DNA of 64,000 bases from Trypanosoma brucei (Eukaryota): assembly GCA_000002445.1 (NCBI GenBank), contig CH464491.1:3936001-4000000 (forward strand), given 5' to 3'. The notes under the pieces were generated by a model that worked only from the letters and a program-made list of their open reading frames with translations, ran no database searches and was not told the origin of the DNA. The position numbers and the translations under genes were made by a program. Positions 33,046-44,863 of this stretch are shown piece by piece. The stretch's first letter is position 1, and each line of letters starts with the position of its first letter.

Positions 33046-33861
33046 CTAGCGGTCCTTGTGACTATTCTCCTTTGTTGAAGGGTGTGTTGAACGAAGATCC
33101 GTCACCGCATTCCACACGTAATCTACCAACTCTTCCACTGTATTAAAATTATTCGTTGCGATGGGGTCGCCGCAAGAAAAATACGCATGACCCACGTCCA
33201 TAAGAAACGAGTGCTTCGGCCAACAATCATCCGTTCCACTAATCGCAATGGGTACAATAGTTGCACCTTCTTCCTTTGCCAATGTGAAGAACCCCGGCCT
33301 GAACGGTTTCAATCCATTCTCAGGAGTGTCATTTCGAGCACCCTCAGGAAAAACAGCAAGCATGCGACCACGATGAATCTTAGCGCGGGCTGCCTCCATC
33401 ATTGGCGCAACAGTTCCCTTCACCGTTTCCAATCCCGCTTTTTTGTTCTTAAATTGTACGCAAAGATCATCCCCATTAGCCATGGCCCAACCACCAAAAG
33501 GAACACGGAAGAGGTCATTTTTTGCAACCCATGCGGCGTCACGTGGGAGCAATACACGAACCATAAGAAAAGGATCAGCACCACTGAGATGATTCATCAC
33601 CACAAGAACTTTTTTTTCCTGTACATTCGGGAAAGGTCGCAAAATAGTGCTCTTCCAGAATGGATTTAACGCGTCTAAGGACAAAAAGTTGGCGATTCGA
33701 AAGATCAGTGCACAACAATCGGCGCGTTGCTCGCTTGTCCAAAAGGGATAAGTGAAAGTAATGACAACCAACTGCAGAAGCCATGCTCCTATCCAACCGA
33801 TCAACATCAGGAGGAATAAATAAACTGTTGCAAGGCAACGAACCGCGTAGTTGGCTCCCAT
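33046..33861 (-). CDS. 1-acyl-sn-glycerol-3-phosphate acyltransferase-like (PlsC/LPLAT family)
   Basis: 271 aa, ATG verified. It has the acyltransferase motif I NHLSGADPF (H-x4-D), motif III FPEGAR, an N-terminal membrane anchor, and the later IVPIAISG block. Confidence 0.85.
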   Translation of the reverse strand: MGANYAVRCLATVYLFLLMLIGWIGAWLLQLVVITFTYPFWTSEQRADCCALIFRIANFLSLDALNPFWKSTILRPFPNVQEKKVLVVMNHLSGADPFLMVRVLLPRDAAWVAKNDLFRVPFGGWAMANGDDLCVQFKNKKAGLETVKGTVAPMMEAARAKIHRGRMLAVFPEGARNDTPENGLKPFRPGFFTLAKEEGATIVPIAISGTDDCWPKHSFLMDVGHAYFSCGDPIATNNFNTVEELVDYVWNAVTDLRSTHPSTKENSHKDR

Positions 33862-35118
33862 AGCTTCTCTTTTTTTTTCTTTTTTTTCTTTTTTTTTGTT
33901 TTATGTGTGTTGCTATTACCGTTTCCGCTAGAGGTTGGTTGGAGTCGGTGCCACTGATCTTGGTCTTGATATTTATTTATTTATTTATTCGTTTTCTGTG
34001 CGATCACTTGTACCGCTTACTTTTTTTTTTTTTGATGTTGTTGTTTTTGTTTAAGTTTCTCCACGTGTATTTTAACCAGCACCTCACTGTAAGCACCGGT
34101 TGGAATGCCCCAAGCTAAAAAGTGTCAACTCCTCAAGCCTCGCTAGTGCGATAAATAAACTTATTTTTTTTTCTTTTCCTTTGTTTCTTCCGTATGTTTG
34201 TGTTGTGTCTTACCTTTAATGAACTGATTTGATTTTTTGTTTTCTTGTGAAGTTCATAAAATGGAAGAAAGTACGAAAGAAATATTCCGAGAGGGACAAA
34301 AAAAGCAGAATGAAATCACTTTTTTTTTTAAAAAAAAAAGAAAGAAAAAAAAAGGATATAAAAGCGCAGGGTTTTGGACAAAGGGTAAAAGCACCAAGAA
34401 AGGAAGGTAATATGGGGAGAAATAAATACATTTCATGACGCTGCAAAGTATGACTACTACATACACAAAAAAGTTTTCGAAAGGAAAAGAAAAAAACAAA
34501 TGGGGGTAATGACGAATTATTTCTTTTTTGTTTGTTCGTTTGTTTGTTTGTCTCATGACTGCTTCCTTTTTTGTTTTCTTCTTCTTTACTGTTGTTGTTG
34601 TCGTTTACAGCTCTGTCTTCTTTGATCAAAAATGAAAAAAAAAATAATAATAAGTGCTCATAAGCATCTGCTAGAGGTGTATAAGAAAAAACGTACAAAA
34701 TATATGTATATATATATATATATATTTAAATACTTTTTATATTTCGGAAACGCGATGCGCGCGTAAATAGAAGGAAAAAAAGTAAAAAAAAGACGAGGAG
34801 AGAACGGGAGGGAGAAAAAAAAAACAAGATCGAAACTAGAAAAAAGTAAGGCTGAAACGAAAGGATTTGACGCTGATTTGTTTCATATAAATCACGTACC
34901 TGTTTCTGATTTATAGTTGTGGGAATTCGTTTTGTGAGGCATAATTTGAAGAAGGTCAAAGCGAGCGGGTGAGTGAGTGGAGAGGTGTGTGTGTGTGTGA
35001 GGGGGGAGAAGAGATATATAAAAAAAGAAAAAAAGAAAAAAACACCCCCACACCTGGTTTGTATCACAACAACGTTAAGTTTTTTTTAAAAAAAAAGAAA
35101 AAAATGAAAAAGGGGGCA

Positions 35119-35160
35119 TATATATATATATATATACATACATACATACATACATACACA
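35119..35160. repeat. Compound microsatellite (TA)n followed by (CATA)n
   Basis: atatatatatatatatatac atacatacatacatacatac, inside the long gene-free interval. Confidence 0.9.
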
Positions 35161-37153
35161 TACACTTATATATTTATATATTTATATAAATATGAAGTTG
35201 TTTCATCACTTTCCCCACACATACACACACTCCTCTCCCCCTCCCCCCTCTTCCCATCATTCGTCATTGCTCCCTCAGCAACAGAGGGTCAATCGCTTTA
35301 AGAAAGAAAAACAAAACAAAACAAAAGCACCATCAAAAAAAAAACGAAGAAGCAAATTATGCAAGTCACAAGCGTTCGAAAAAAACAAACGTAAATATGA
35401 ACTTGCGTCTTACTTCTTGTCGCTGGCACCACCGTTACGTCTTCTTTCTTTTTTTTTCTTCCGTTTTTTTTCTTTCCTCTCTCTCATCGATTGTCGAATC
35501 ACCCGCCCCGGAAACGAGGAAAACATACACAACAACAACAATAATAATTATTATTATTATTATTAAATAATAGGGGGAAAAAAGAGGGAAAAAGCTAACA
35601 ACGAAAAACAAAACGCACGCACTCGCAAGACACATCTATGCAAGTGACAATGAAATTTCTATTAGAGATGAACTGAAAAACATCTATCCAATTGTTCAAT
35701 CACTCTTCTTCTTTTTCTTCTTCTTTTCCTTTCCTCTTATATGCAGACAAGTACATAACACATACGCGTACATAAATGTAAATACATTCATAGATCATAA
35801 CCGTTTGCTCATACGATCAGAAATATATATTTGTCTTCATGTTAGTATTTGTTTATTTACGTGTAAAGATATATATATATATATAACAGAAACAAGAAAA
35901 CAATAAGTAAATAGATATAAACCAAAATGGTCACAACCTCACTTACACCTTCTCATCCATTTATGCTTTCGCGATATTTTAGCAACGATGTTGTGATTTG
36001 TCATGTTTCATTTATCTCACGTTTTGCAGATATTCATTTATTTATATGTTATTTTGCATTTTGCTTCTCTCTTTTTTTTTCTTTTTCCTTTTTTATTTTT
36101 CTTTTTTCTCTTGCCTCCCCTTTTCTCTCCATTTTCTCTTATTATCTCTAAATTTCTTCAACATCCACAGGCATTTCTCCACCACCTCTCTTGTCTCCAC
36201 CCCTTCCTTACAATCAACTGACTGTGGAGTGCAGCAAACTTTAGAAGGGAAAAAAACAATAATAATAATAACACGCCACATCATTCCTCCTTTCAATTCT
36301 TTTTTCATCGTTTTCTCTTTCTTTTCTTTTCTTTTCTTTATCTCAGTCATTCATTTTATTTATACTTTAACATAGTTTTCTCTGATTATTTTTTATTTGG
36401 TATTATTTTGTATATTTACACATTTTATTCATATATCCACTGGCGGCCGACATTTATGTTGCTTTTGTTGAGATTCGAGACTGTTCTTTTTCCTTTGTAA
36501 TAATACAAATTTTGTGACAAAAAAATCAGTGTTACTGTTGTTGTTGTTCCTATTATTATTATAATATATATTATTATATATATACAAAACAATTGGTTTA
36601 CGAAACATATACACATATATTTTTAAAAAAAAGAAATAAAATATATGGTAGATGAAGAAAAAAAATTAACTAAAAAGAAGTGAATGACTGAGCGTATGAA
36701 GGATATGATGCCCAACGGAAGGAAAAATGGTAGAGGGAAATAAGGAAAAGGAATGAGGATACGAAGAGAACAAAAAAAATTCATAAGTCATACAATCCCT
36801 GAAATATATATATATATTTTTATTTATTTACACAACTTGCAATGCGTACCGATGAATAATAACAATAACAATATAATCGAAAAAGATTACCTACAGGTGG
36901 AAAATAACACCCCCCCCCCTCCCCCTTCACTCACCAGGACACCTCTGCTGATGAAACTGCTTGAGAGATTTTGTGATAAGTGTGAGCAAGCTCAAAAAAA
37001 AAAAAATGAACACAGTGAAAGAAAGGGATATGCAACTAATTTATTGGGGGAGGGGGGTTCCGGGAGACATGCCGTCACATCCACACAAAATGCATAGGAA
37101 ACGCTTCCACCCCACACCTCACACCCATCCCTTTGTGTATGCTGGCATTACAA

Positions 37154-38284
37154 TTACTCCTCCTGTTCTTCAAGTTCATATACGCCCACATCACACCCGT
37201 CAAGTACTCCTTCTTCTTCATCTTCATCTTCATCCTCATCATCATCTACGCATGGATTGGCCAATATTTCACGAATGCTTCGGCCGTACCCCTTTTTTTT
37301 TACGTTCTCGACGGCAAGTCGGTACTGTTTGAGCGCATCACCAGCCTTTTGTGGGTCTACAGCCGCCTGTGACTTTCCATTGAAGGTTATGGGAACATCC
37401 TGCATACATTTGGAGGGTGAAGGCGCTTGAACTATGCGGGCCGCAGGGCTGCTGGTGCGAGCGCAAAAAGTCACTGGACAACTCCTCGACCGAGTTTGTA
37501 ACGACCCATAGCTATTACGAGACACAATTACTTCCCTCACAGCAAAGTTACCACTCAAGTTGGCAACTCTTTCGAGTCCTTTGCATGGAAGATTGTGGCT
37601 GCTGGACACCCCCACCTTCTGATCGACTCTCAATGGCGTTGTGCGTAGCGAACACGGGCGTTGTTGAACATGAGTCCTAGTTGCAGCAACATGATCAGAG
37701 GTCCAGAGCGAAAGAACATCTATATCCTCATGATTTACGTGGGACGGGGGTTGAACGGGTATACATTCTGCGGAAACTCCATAATCCACCATTGTCCTAT
37801 CTGAAGCAGTGGAGGACGACACTACTGGATGGTTGGAGCCACGGCGGTCCATTTGCAAACCTCTCAAGCGTACATCCTTCCTCAGTAAACTACCAGCAAG
37901 TGAGGGAATACTTGGGGTAGCGGCAGCGCATCTCCCAACCGAAGATGATGTTGCCCCCGGAGGAGGATGATGCGCCGTCGTGGAGCCGCCATAAGATTCC
38001 GGACTTGCATCCAACCAACTGACGCTTGTTGCCTCTACTAGAAGGGGCATGGCTGCGGGTATAACTCGGTTCATTTCCCTCATCTCGGCATCGCTGAAGA
38101 AACTCCCGGCCAAAATCGGTGGCACCTCATCTGCAATCCCCCTCGGCGAACTCCAGTGGTCCATTCCGCTCGAGGTTTCATTAGTTCGGCACCGGTCACT
38201 ACCCCGTGGGCTGTGTGTTGGTGTGCTGCTCTCAGAATAACGGGCGTAACCGGGCCTGCCGACGTCGTTGGTACCATAAAACAT
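37154..38284 (-). CDS. Conserved hypothetical protein with acidic C-terminal tail
   Basis: The listed ORF starts at GTG, so I use the first ATG at 38284 (MFYGTNDVGRPGY...). It is Ser/Pro rich and ends DDDEDEDEDEEEGVLDGCDVGVYELEEQEE. Confidence 0.6.
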   Translation of the reverse strand: MFYGTNDVGRPGYARYSESSTPTHSPRGSDRCRTNETSSGMDHWSSPRGIADEVPPILAGSFFSDAEMREMNRVIPAAMPLLVEATSVSWLDASPESYGGSTTAHHPPPGATSSSVGRCAAATPSIPSLAGSLLRKDVRLRGLQMDRRGSNHPVVSSSTASDRTMVDYGVSAECIPVQPPSHVNHEDIDVLSLWTSDHVAATRTHVQQRPCSLRTTPLRVDQKVGVSSSHNLPCKGLERVANLSGNFAVREVIVSRNSYGSLQTRSRSCPVTFCARTSSPAARIVQAPSPSKCMQDVPITFNGKSQAAVDPQKAGDALKQYRLAVENVKKKGYGRSIREILANPCVDDDEDEDEDEEEGVLDGCDVGVYELEEQEE

Positions 38285-38843
38285 TTGTACTTGAACCTCA
38301 GGCACACAAACTCAGAACAATACCTACAACAAATGTAACGGTACCACAATGAACAAAAAGGGGGAAATGGGCGAAAGAGAGAGAGAAAGATAGAGATGAT
38401 CTTTCGAATAGGCTACAGCCAGCCTCAGATTCACGCGCGTGCTCACAAGTAAGCCACGATTGAATTAATGGGAAGCAGATTGCACTAATGAAAAAAAAAA
38501 AAACGCAAACCACACAGCACAAGAAACCTCGAAAACGCAATGGATCTTCTCGGGGAACTTTCATCTACCGGTGAGCAATCATCGAGTTACGAAACTCAAG
38601 TGAGAAACCAAACCGTAAATCTCGTACGTTACCCCTCCTCCTGCCAACACAAATACACCAAACTACCGTGTCACACTAATGGCTCAAGGGTAAGCCAACA
38701 ACATCGTTCAATTCACCGCACAGACGAAATTACCGAAACAGACCCGTTTCGCAGTAATTATATGTAAAGACGTCGAAAAGCTATCATGAAAACTTCATCA
38801 AACGGCTATTAGAGCCCTTTACCACTACCTGCGTGATCTCCTG

Positions 38844-39638
38844 TCATACTCCGTTACACTCGCTAACCACTTGCTCTTCTTCCTCACTAGTTTCTTCATC
38901 GACCTTCCCCAACTCTTCGTCTGTTTCTTCACCGCAATCATCAGACGAGCTGCTGTTTTCTTCAGTATTTACTTCCCACGCATGTCTATTTTTGAGTTTA
39001 CCCCTCTTCACGTTGAGTGGACCAACATCCGAGAGATCAACATTGTCAAAATCCATTTCCCTTTGCGCAGTACTTCTCCTCTTCTCTGCTTCCACGTGCT
39101 GCTCCTGAAACTCAAGCACCTCAGCCGCATTACGGCACCCCCGGTACCCTTCCAGAAGTTCCGCGTTGATATCAAAGAAACTTGCACCCCATGAGAAATA
39201 CGACATGACAGCTCTTGCATCATCCATACGATCAGCGATAGCTAACGCTGCAGCGAGTGCCTCTGCGCAGTTTAGTTCTTGCGGCCGACCATAATTCACG
39301 GGGTTGGCTGCCACTAGGAACGGAAGCAGGCGTGGGGCGCCCATCTTCATCTGACGCCATGGCACGGCATCCAACTGATTCCACGAGCAATCAACAACAG
39401 CCACTCCAAGCTGTGCAATCAAACCCGCGTCTGCTGGGCTCAATGTTTCTACAGCTGTTGGTGTAAGAACTACACCTCGGAAAGGCTCTCGCAACTTCAG
39501 CAACCGCAGCGCATTCCGGCGATGTAGCCGGCGGCCAGAACAGGCGTTGGGGTCGCACTGCTCAAAATCCCACATGGCAAGTGGTACACTACAACGGCTC
39601 CCTTCCGCATCACATCGCGGCCCTTTGGACTTCCCCAT
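38844..39638 (-). CDS. TSR3: Tsr3 family ribosome biogenesis protein (18S rRNA aminocarboxypropyltransferase-like, DUF367)
   Basis: 264 aa, ATG verified. It matches the Tsr3 pattern MGKSKGP...WDFEQCDPNACSGRRL...GVVLTP...AVVDCSWNQL...LPFLVAANPVNYGRPQELNCAEALAAAL. The C-terminus has an acidic tail. Confidence 0.82.
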   Translation of the reverse strand: MGKSKGPRCDAEGSRCSVPLAMWDFEQCDPNACSGRRLHRRNALRLLKLREPFRGVVLTPTAVETLSPADAGLIAQLGVAVVDCSWNQLDAVPWRQMKMGAPRLLPFLVAANPVNYGRPQELNCAEALAAALAIADRMDDARAVMSYFSWGASFFDINAELLEGYRGCRNAAEVLEFQEQHVEAEKRRSTAQREMDFDNVDLSDVGPLNVKRGKLKNRHAWEVNTEENSSSSDDCGEETDEELGKVDEETSEEEEQVVSECNGV

Positions 39639-40052
39639 ATGAGTAATGTCTGCTAGTGGTGGGAGTAGCCGTGGGATTTTTACCCTCTAACATGAAGAGG
39701 GGAAAAAGAACAATAACACACACACAAAAAAAAAAAGCAATAAGCGTAGTAAGAGAAGTGCATATATATATATTGCTTTGAATAAGTGGTTTTCATCACA
39801 AATTCTGTGCGTGTGCATGCATGCTTGTGCATAACGTAATCAGTGAATTTTGAAGAAAAATAAAAGTTTAACGGTGGTGAAGTGTTCAATACCGCATGTC
39901 AGACGAATCGCGGAGCCTGCAAGGGTGAAACTCATGAAGGTCCACCTGTTATCCTTTAAAATACTTTATTGTCGCAGCGGCACACAGGGTGGCAACTACT
40001 TTCGGGGCAACGTGCGCACGAGCAGAGATCCAATAGTGAAACAATGATTTCA

Positions 40053-40388
40053 TCAGTACTTCTTCCTCAAATGTTTGACCTTGCTTTGCTCAACTGAAGC
40101 TGCATCTGGCCTGGACCCCAACTTCGTGTTCGAGTCAGTGCTGACGGTTTTGGTGGATTCCTCGGCCCGTTTACCTTCAGACGCTGAAATGCCCACTTCT
40201 TTACGCTCCCGCTTCACATCACCTCCAGCGAGGTTATCAAGTGCCTCGCCGAAGAGTTCTCCCTCATTTCGCTCCCGGCGATCGCGTTTTGCCCTCTTGC
40301 GCTTTGCTAAGTACTCATCCCGTTCCCTTTCTAAACGTAGTAAATACTCGACTTGTTTCTGGCGCTTCACACGATGTTTCTTCGCCAT
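40053..40388 (-). CDS. Small basic lysine/arginine-rich protein (possible nucleolar/ribosome-biogenesis factor)
   Basis: 111 aa, ATG verified (MAKKHRVKRQKQVEYLLRLERERDEYLAKRKRAKRDRRER...). It is highly charged and coiled-coil-like. No specific family is recognised. Confidence 0.5.
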   Translation of the reverse strand: MAKKHRVKRQKQVEYLLRLERERDEYLAKRKRAKRDRRERNEGELFGEALDNLAGGDVKRERKEVGISASEGKRAEESTKTVSTDSNTKLGSRPDAASVEQSKVKHLRKKY

Positions 40389-40839
40389 ACCTGACTGTTT
40401 TAACCAGTCGAATCGTCTTCACCACAGGCTAACACGCACGAGTGGTACCTAAAAAAAAAACCAAAAAAAGATTTGGAAGACGGATAGGTACCACAAGAAT
40501 ACGGAGAGAACACTCACCTCGCGTACCGACAAATACACTAAAACATCATTTCACATCCGCCACAGTGGGTAAAGGAGTTCAAGATAGAAGGACACAGAGG
40601 TGAAAAAGCATCTACTAACAACATCACAACGAAGAGTCTGCACGGTAAACTCCATCATCTCGCTATACATTTATAAGGAATAAAATCACAGGAAAGCAGA
40701 AGAGCAGGGGAAATACGACGGCTAGTATCCTGCCTGGCCAACCGTTTTTCGCCAATAACTAACCCTTTCGTCAGCACTGACCACAACATAATGAACAATA
40801 CGCGTTGTATCCTTCCCATCATGATAAATAGAAATTTCC

Positions 40840-42888
40840 CTAGGCACGGAAGAACTCGTCATCCTGTTCGGGGTCTCTCGGTGCTGGGTTGTTTGGATCC
40901 ACCTCAGTGCGGCGGAGCGCGTTGGCTGGGGGTCTCGACCGCCACATTATGGGTTTGCCCCGATACTTCACCACTGTGGCCTGTGAACGCTCAAGAGCAC
41001 GTTGGTTGCGCTCCTCACGCTCCGCTAGCTGTTTAGCCAAGTGAAGTACACGAGCTGCATGTCGGCGCTCCTTATCACGAGTTTTCAAGACGGACATGAT
41101 CAGTGACTGCTCTACGCCATTCTTTGGGTCTGTGATGTACCGGTGGTACTCATCTACTTTATTTTCAATAATGGTAAGCATCTCCACTGGCCCCATGTTA
41201 GCACTTGTCTCACTTTCAGCTTGCGTGCCAGTTGGACCAGTGGCACCCGGTGCAACAGCCGATGCGGTCTGGCCTTTCTTCTTACCTTTAGCTGCATTCT
41301 TTTTATCGAGTGCTGGACCTCTATTTGCCACAACAGCAGAATGCTTCCGCTTTCCTGAAGGATGCACTGGGGAGTTCCCGCCATCAACACCATCTTGATG
41401 CCGCGAAGGGTTGGTAGGTCTTTGATTGATGCAGCGAAAAATATCACCTACCGTCTGTTCAATGCTTTTCTTTAGCACTTCTTGTGTCATGGCAACTTTC
41501 ACCGTCTTTGCATAACCCGCTACACCGCGTCCACCTGCACTATCGACCATCGACAGCCCGGCAGCGTCACTGCTTTCTAAATCTACCAGCCGTTCCTCCA
41601 ATTGGGCTAGACGATCTTGGGATTCCTTGATACGAGATACAAGTGAATCCATCTGGGTTTGCCTTTGCTTCACCATCGCATCCATTTCCTCCCGCTCGTG
41701 CAGGAACTCCATGGCAACACGTTCCAACTCCTCCTCCAACTCTTGACTGTTTTGAATAAGGAACAAATTTCCCTCTTCAACATTAATGAAGATGTCAAGA
41801 ATTTGCTCTGGCTCCGTAAAATACATGGGAATTTTATCGTGTGGGTAACTGTTGTGCAGCGCCTCACGAACCTCTTCAGCGGTGAGGGCGCTGATTTCAT
41901 TTCGAATGACTTCCACCTCCTCCGCCTGTCGTCGGTTCGCCTCCTCTTCGAACCTCCGGTGCAGTCCCTCCAACTGAGTCTCAAGGGGAATTAACTCCTC
42001 CTCCTCCTCGTCTTCTTTATTGCTATCATCCATATCATCAAATATAGCGTTGTTGTTCGAGTTTTTCTCAGCCTCTCTTGATGCACGCCGCGCTTCCGCT
42101 TCTTCGTACTGCTTCCTCAACTTTCTGGCCTGCCGGGCATACGCCGCTTCAGTCTCTTGCAATATTTTACCGTTGATTTCCTTGACGCGGAAGTTGGTCA
42201 GCACATCAAAAAAGAACTGAGGTGGCGTGAGGTTGTCCATAAATGTTTTATACTCCATACAGAGCTCCAGTTGCACCTCCGTTTTGCGCATATCTTGCTC
42301 TAAGTGATTTATTTGTGCCGAAAGCTTCTTAATATCAATGAGTCGTTTCTGTTTGGCCTTACTCTCACGTTCCGCCCGGCGCACGGCAGCGTCTTGTTCC
42401 AAGTTACTGTATTTGAGAAAGTTATTAAACTTCTCCTCCGTACTGGCAAGCTGCTCCTGTTGCTGGCGAAGTTTCTTGTCAACGCGGTCCATCTCCTCCT
42501 CAAGGTGCCGTATTTCCGACTCCTTATTTGCCAGGGCCAACCGCATCAGACCAACCTCTCTTTTTTTGGCAATAAATGTTCCTGTGTTGTGCATCTCCCT
42601 AATCTCCACCGTGTGCTGACCACTTTTATTGAGGTGCGATGGAGCAGAACCTGTAGTGGCATTCTCACGCTGCGTGAGCAGTTGCTTCACGGGGTTTTTT
42701 ACATTCGGCTGGCCGGTTAAGATGGCGAGATCTGCTGCCATTTTGGCATCGCCCTGTTTGATATCCTGCGCAACTGTAACCTCATGCTCATTAATCGTAC
42801 CGGGAAGGTCTCCGCCGCCGCCACCGCTGCTTCTTAAGGGTTCCTTAAAGGGATTACTCGCTAGAAGTGGAGACTTCTGGAAAGACAT
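40840..42888 (-). CDS. Coiled-coil protein (possibly a cilia/flagella-associated CFAP-like protein)
   Basis: The listed ORF reads through a (TA)n microsatellite to give YIYIYIYIYG. The start is re-assigned to the ATG at 42888 (MSFQKSPLL), about 682 aa. It contains long heptad regions and an acidic stretch DDMDDSNKEDEEEEE. Confidence 0.75.
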   Translation of the reverse strand: MSFQKSPLLASNPFKEPLRSSGGGGGDLPGTINEHEVTVAQDIKQGDAKMAADLAILTGQPNVKNPVKQLLTQRENATTGSAPSHLNKSGQHTVEIREMHNTGTFIAKKREVGLMRLALANKESEIRHLEEEMDRVDKKLRQQQEQLASTEEKFNNFLKYSNLEQDAAVRRAERESKAKQKRLIDIKKLSAQINHLEQDMRKTEVQLELCMEYKTFMDNLTPPQFFFDVLTNFRVKEINGKILQETEAAYARQARKLRKQYEEAEARRASREAEKNSNNNAIFDDMDDSNKEDEEEEELIPLETQLEGLHRRFEEEANRRQAEEVEVIRNEISALTAEEVREALHNSYPHDKIPMYFTEPEQILDIFINVEEGNLFLIQNSQELEEELERVAMEFLHEREEMDAMVKQRQTQMDSLVSRIKESQDRLAQLEERLVDLESSDAAGLSMVDSAGGRGVAGYAKTVKVAMTQEVLKKSIEQTVGDIFRCINQRPTNPSRHQDGVDGGNSPVHPSGKRKHSAVVANRGPALDKKNAAKGKKKGQTASAVAPGATGPTGTQAESETSANMGPVEMLTIIENKVDEYHRYITDPKNGVEQSLIMSVLKTRDKERRHAARVLHLAKQLAEREERNQRALERSQATVVKYRGKPIMWRSRPPANALRRTEVDPNNPAPRDPEQDDEFFRA

Positions 42889-42914
42889 GCGGTCGTAGGC
42901 CTTTCTACTCGTTC

Positions 42915-42943
42915 CATATATATATATATATATATATATATAT
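42915..42943. repeat. (TA)n microsatellite immediately upstream of the coiled-coil protein start codon
   Basis: atatatatatatatatatatatatatatat. It is responsible for the spurious YIYIYIYIY N-terminal extension in the ORF track. Confidence 0.95.
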
Positions 42944-44027
42944 TTCACAAAGGTGTGAGAAAAGGAATGATTATATAAATGGTAAGGCGCCAGTGCAAGA
43001 GTTTCCGTGTGCACATATATAAATACTTACCCAACAACACTTGCGTAAGAAATAATTGAAGATAATATCTTTAAAAGAAAACACTTCACGACGTTATCAG
43101 CACTGCACGGGTGAGCACACCACACACTCACATTTTGACAGCACGACAACAAAAAATGCAAGAATTCGTGCCGGCAATATATATAAAAAAAGAAGTTAAA
43201 CGGAGAAGTGGTGAAAAAATGGAAAAAAAAGGCAAATAATGTTTAATAGTGAAAAAGAGGCCCTCTAACGGTTGGCAGTAAGGGGATGAAAGGGAGAAAC
43301 GGGTAAACGGAAAAAAGGGAATGATAAAACTGACAGCACTGACAGTTCCCCTATCCCTTTGCACTAAAAACGAAGCTGTAGGGAGTAAATAGGAGCTTTA
43401 CACACAAAGACACAAACATACACACACACAAAGAAAAAAACAACTCCAGTGTAATTTCACCAAGTCGCAGCAGGAAACAGCGGTAACGCTCATTAGCCCT
43501 TCACTTACTTCAGGTGTTGTAAATCTTACAAGTATTTGGACGGTACAAACCGAGAGGTGGGTGAGCAAAAGAAAGAATAACAATAATAAATGAAATATCC
43601 CTCTCTTCCCACCACCTCCTACACATTATCTATCGTCTCTCTCCTTTGTGTCCCCCCCTTTTTTTCTCTCCTACTTGGTCATGGTATAAGTTCACTACTC
43701 CAAAACAGAAAAGAAAAGAGAAGAGAAAAAAAGCAGAAACAACATACACATACACATAATACTCCCCTCCTCCCTCCCTCATCTCATCTCATCTCATCTC
43801 CTCTCGTGGATTGTGTGGTTGCAGTGGAGTTACCTCCGGCACAATAATACCCGGTGGTTTGTCGCCCTGTCGTCTCACTTCATAATCCGCTGAATCAAAA
43901 AACTGCTTTTGTCCCGGTTGCTGAAGATTACGCAAGCGGGGGTCGCGTTTCTTTGGCATCTTCACACCAGGAGGAGGTGAAGCATTGTCAGACATCACCA
44001 CCTCAGGTAAACAAGAGCTGCTAAGGT

Positions 44028-44070
44028 GTATTCTAAATAATAATAATAGTAATAATAATAATAATAATAA
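44028..44070. repeat. (AAT)n microsatellite
   Basis: aataataatagtaataataataataataataa. Confidence 0.9.
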
Positions 44071-44863
44071 AAACGATCAATGGCAACAGCGGTAGAGGCA
44101 CCGGGAGCAATTGAAACGGTAGCAAAAATGATCTTTTTTGCTAAAGACAAAAAAATAAATAAATAAAAATAGAAAAAGCAAGACAAGTCGCAGACCTTTG
44201 GATTGATTGTGAACCTTCTGTTTCTATTACTGTGTGATCTAGTGCAAGACAACAGAGTTCAAATACCTTTTCAACTTGAGTCCTGTCACCGCTGCAGGGC
44301 AAAGGTGAAAATAAAAAAAAAGAAGAAACGGATGAAGCTGTGAAAGTGAAACAATGTGAATCAACTTACAACGTAAAGAGATAATTAATAGCAAGCAAGA
44401 CAGTGTGAGTGAAGGTGGGGACAACAAATATGCACGGATAACGACCAAATGTGTGAATACACGGTGAGAACATCCTACCAATAAAAAAAAATGACTAATG
44501 TCTAGAGAGAGAGATGCCGCATCATGTCCCCCTTCTCACCTGTCACACATCAAGGCATGATCCCGAGAACAGAACCACGCGACTTCACACCTCATCCGGC
44601 GAAAAATGCACAACACAAAACAAGAAACTTTAAAGATTGCTGGGAACAGTGGGTGACACAACGAAAAAAAAAAAGGAGGGCAGCGAAGAATGAGAGCGTG
44701 ATAGAATAGAGAACAAAAAAGGAAAGAGTACTGAAGGACATATTCCAGCGCATCTTATTTCCCTCCACTATTCCCTTTGGGTGAGGCAACATCGCGTCCT
44801 CCCTTGCAGCAATGCGTGGGGGCGCATGACAATATTTAAAGTGAGTGACTTCAATAGAACGGA

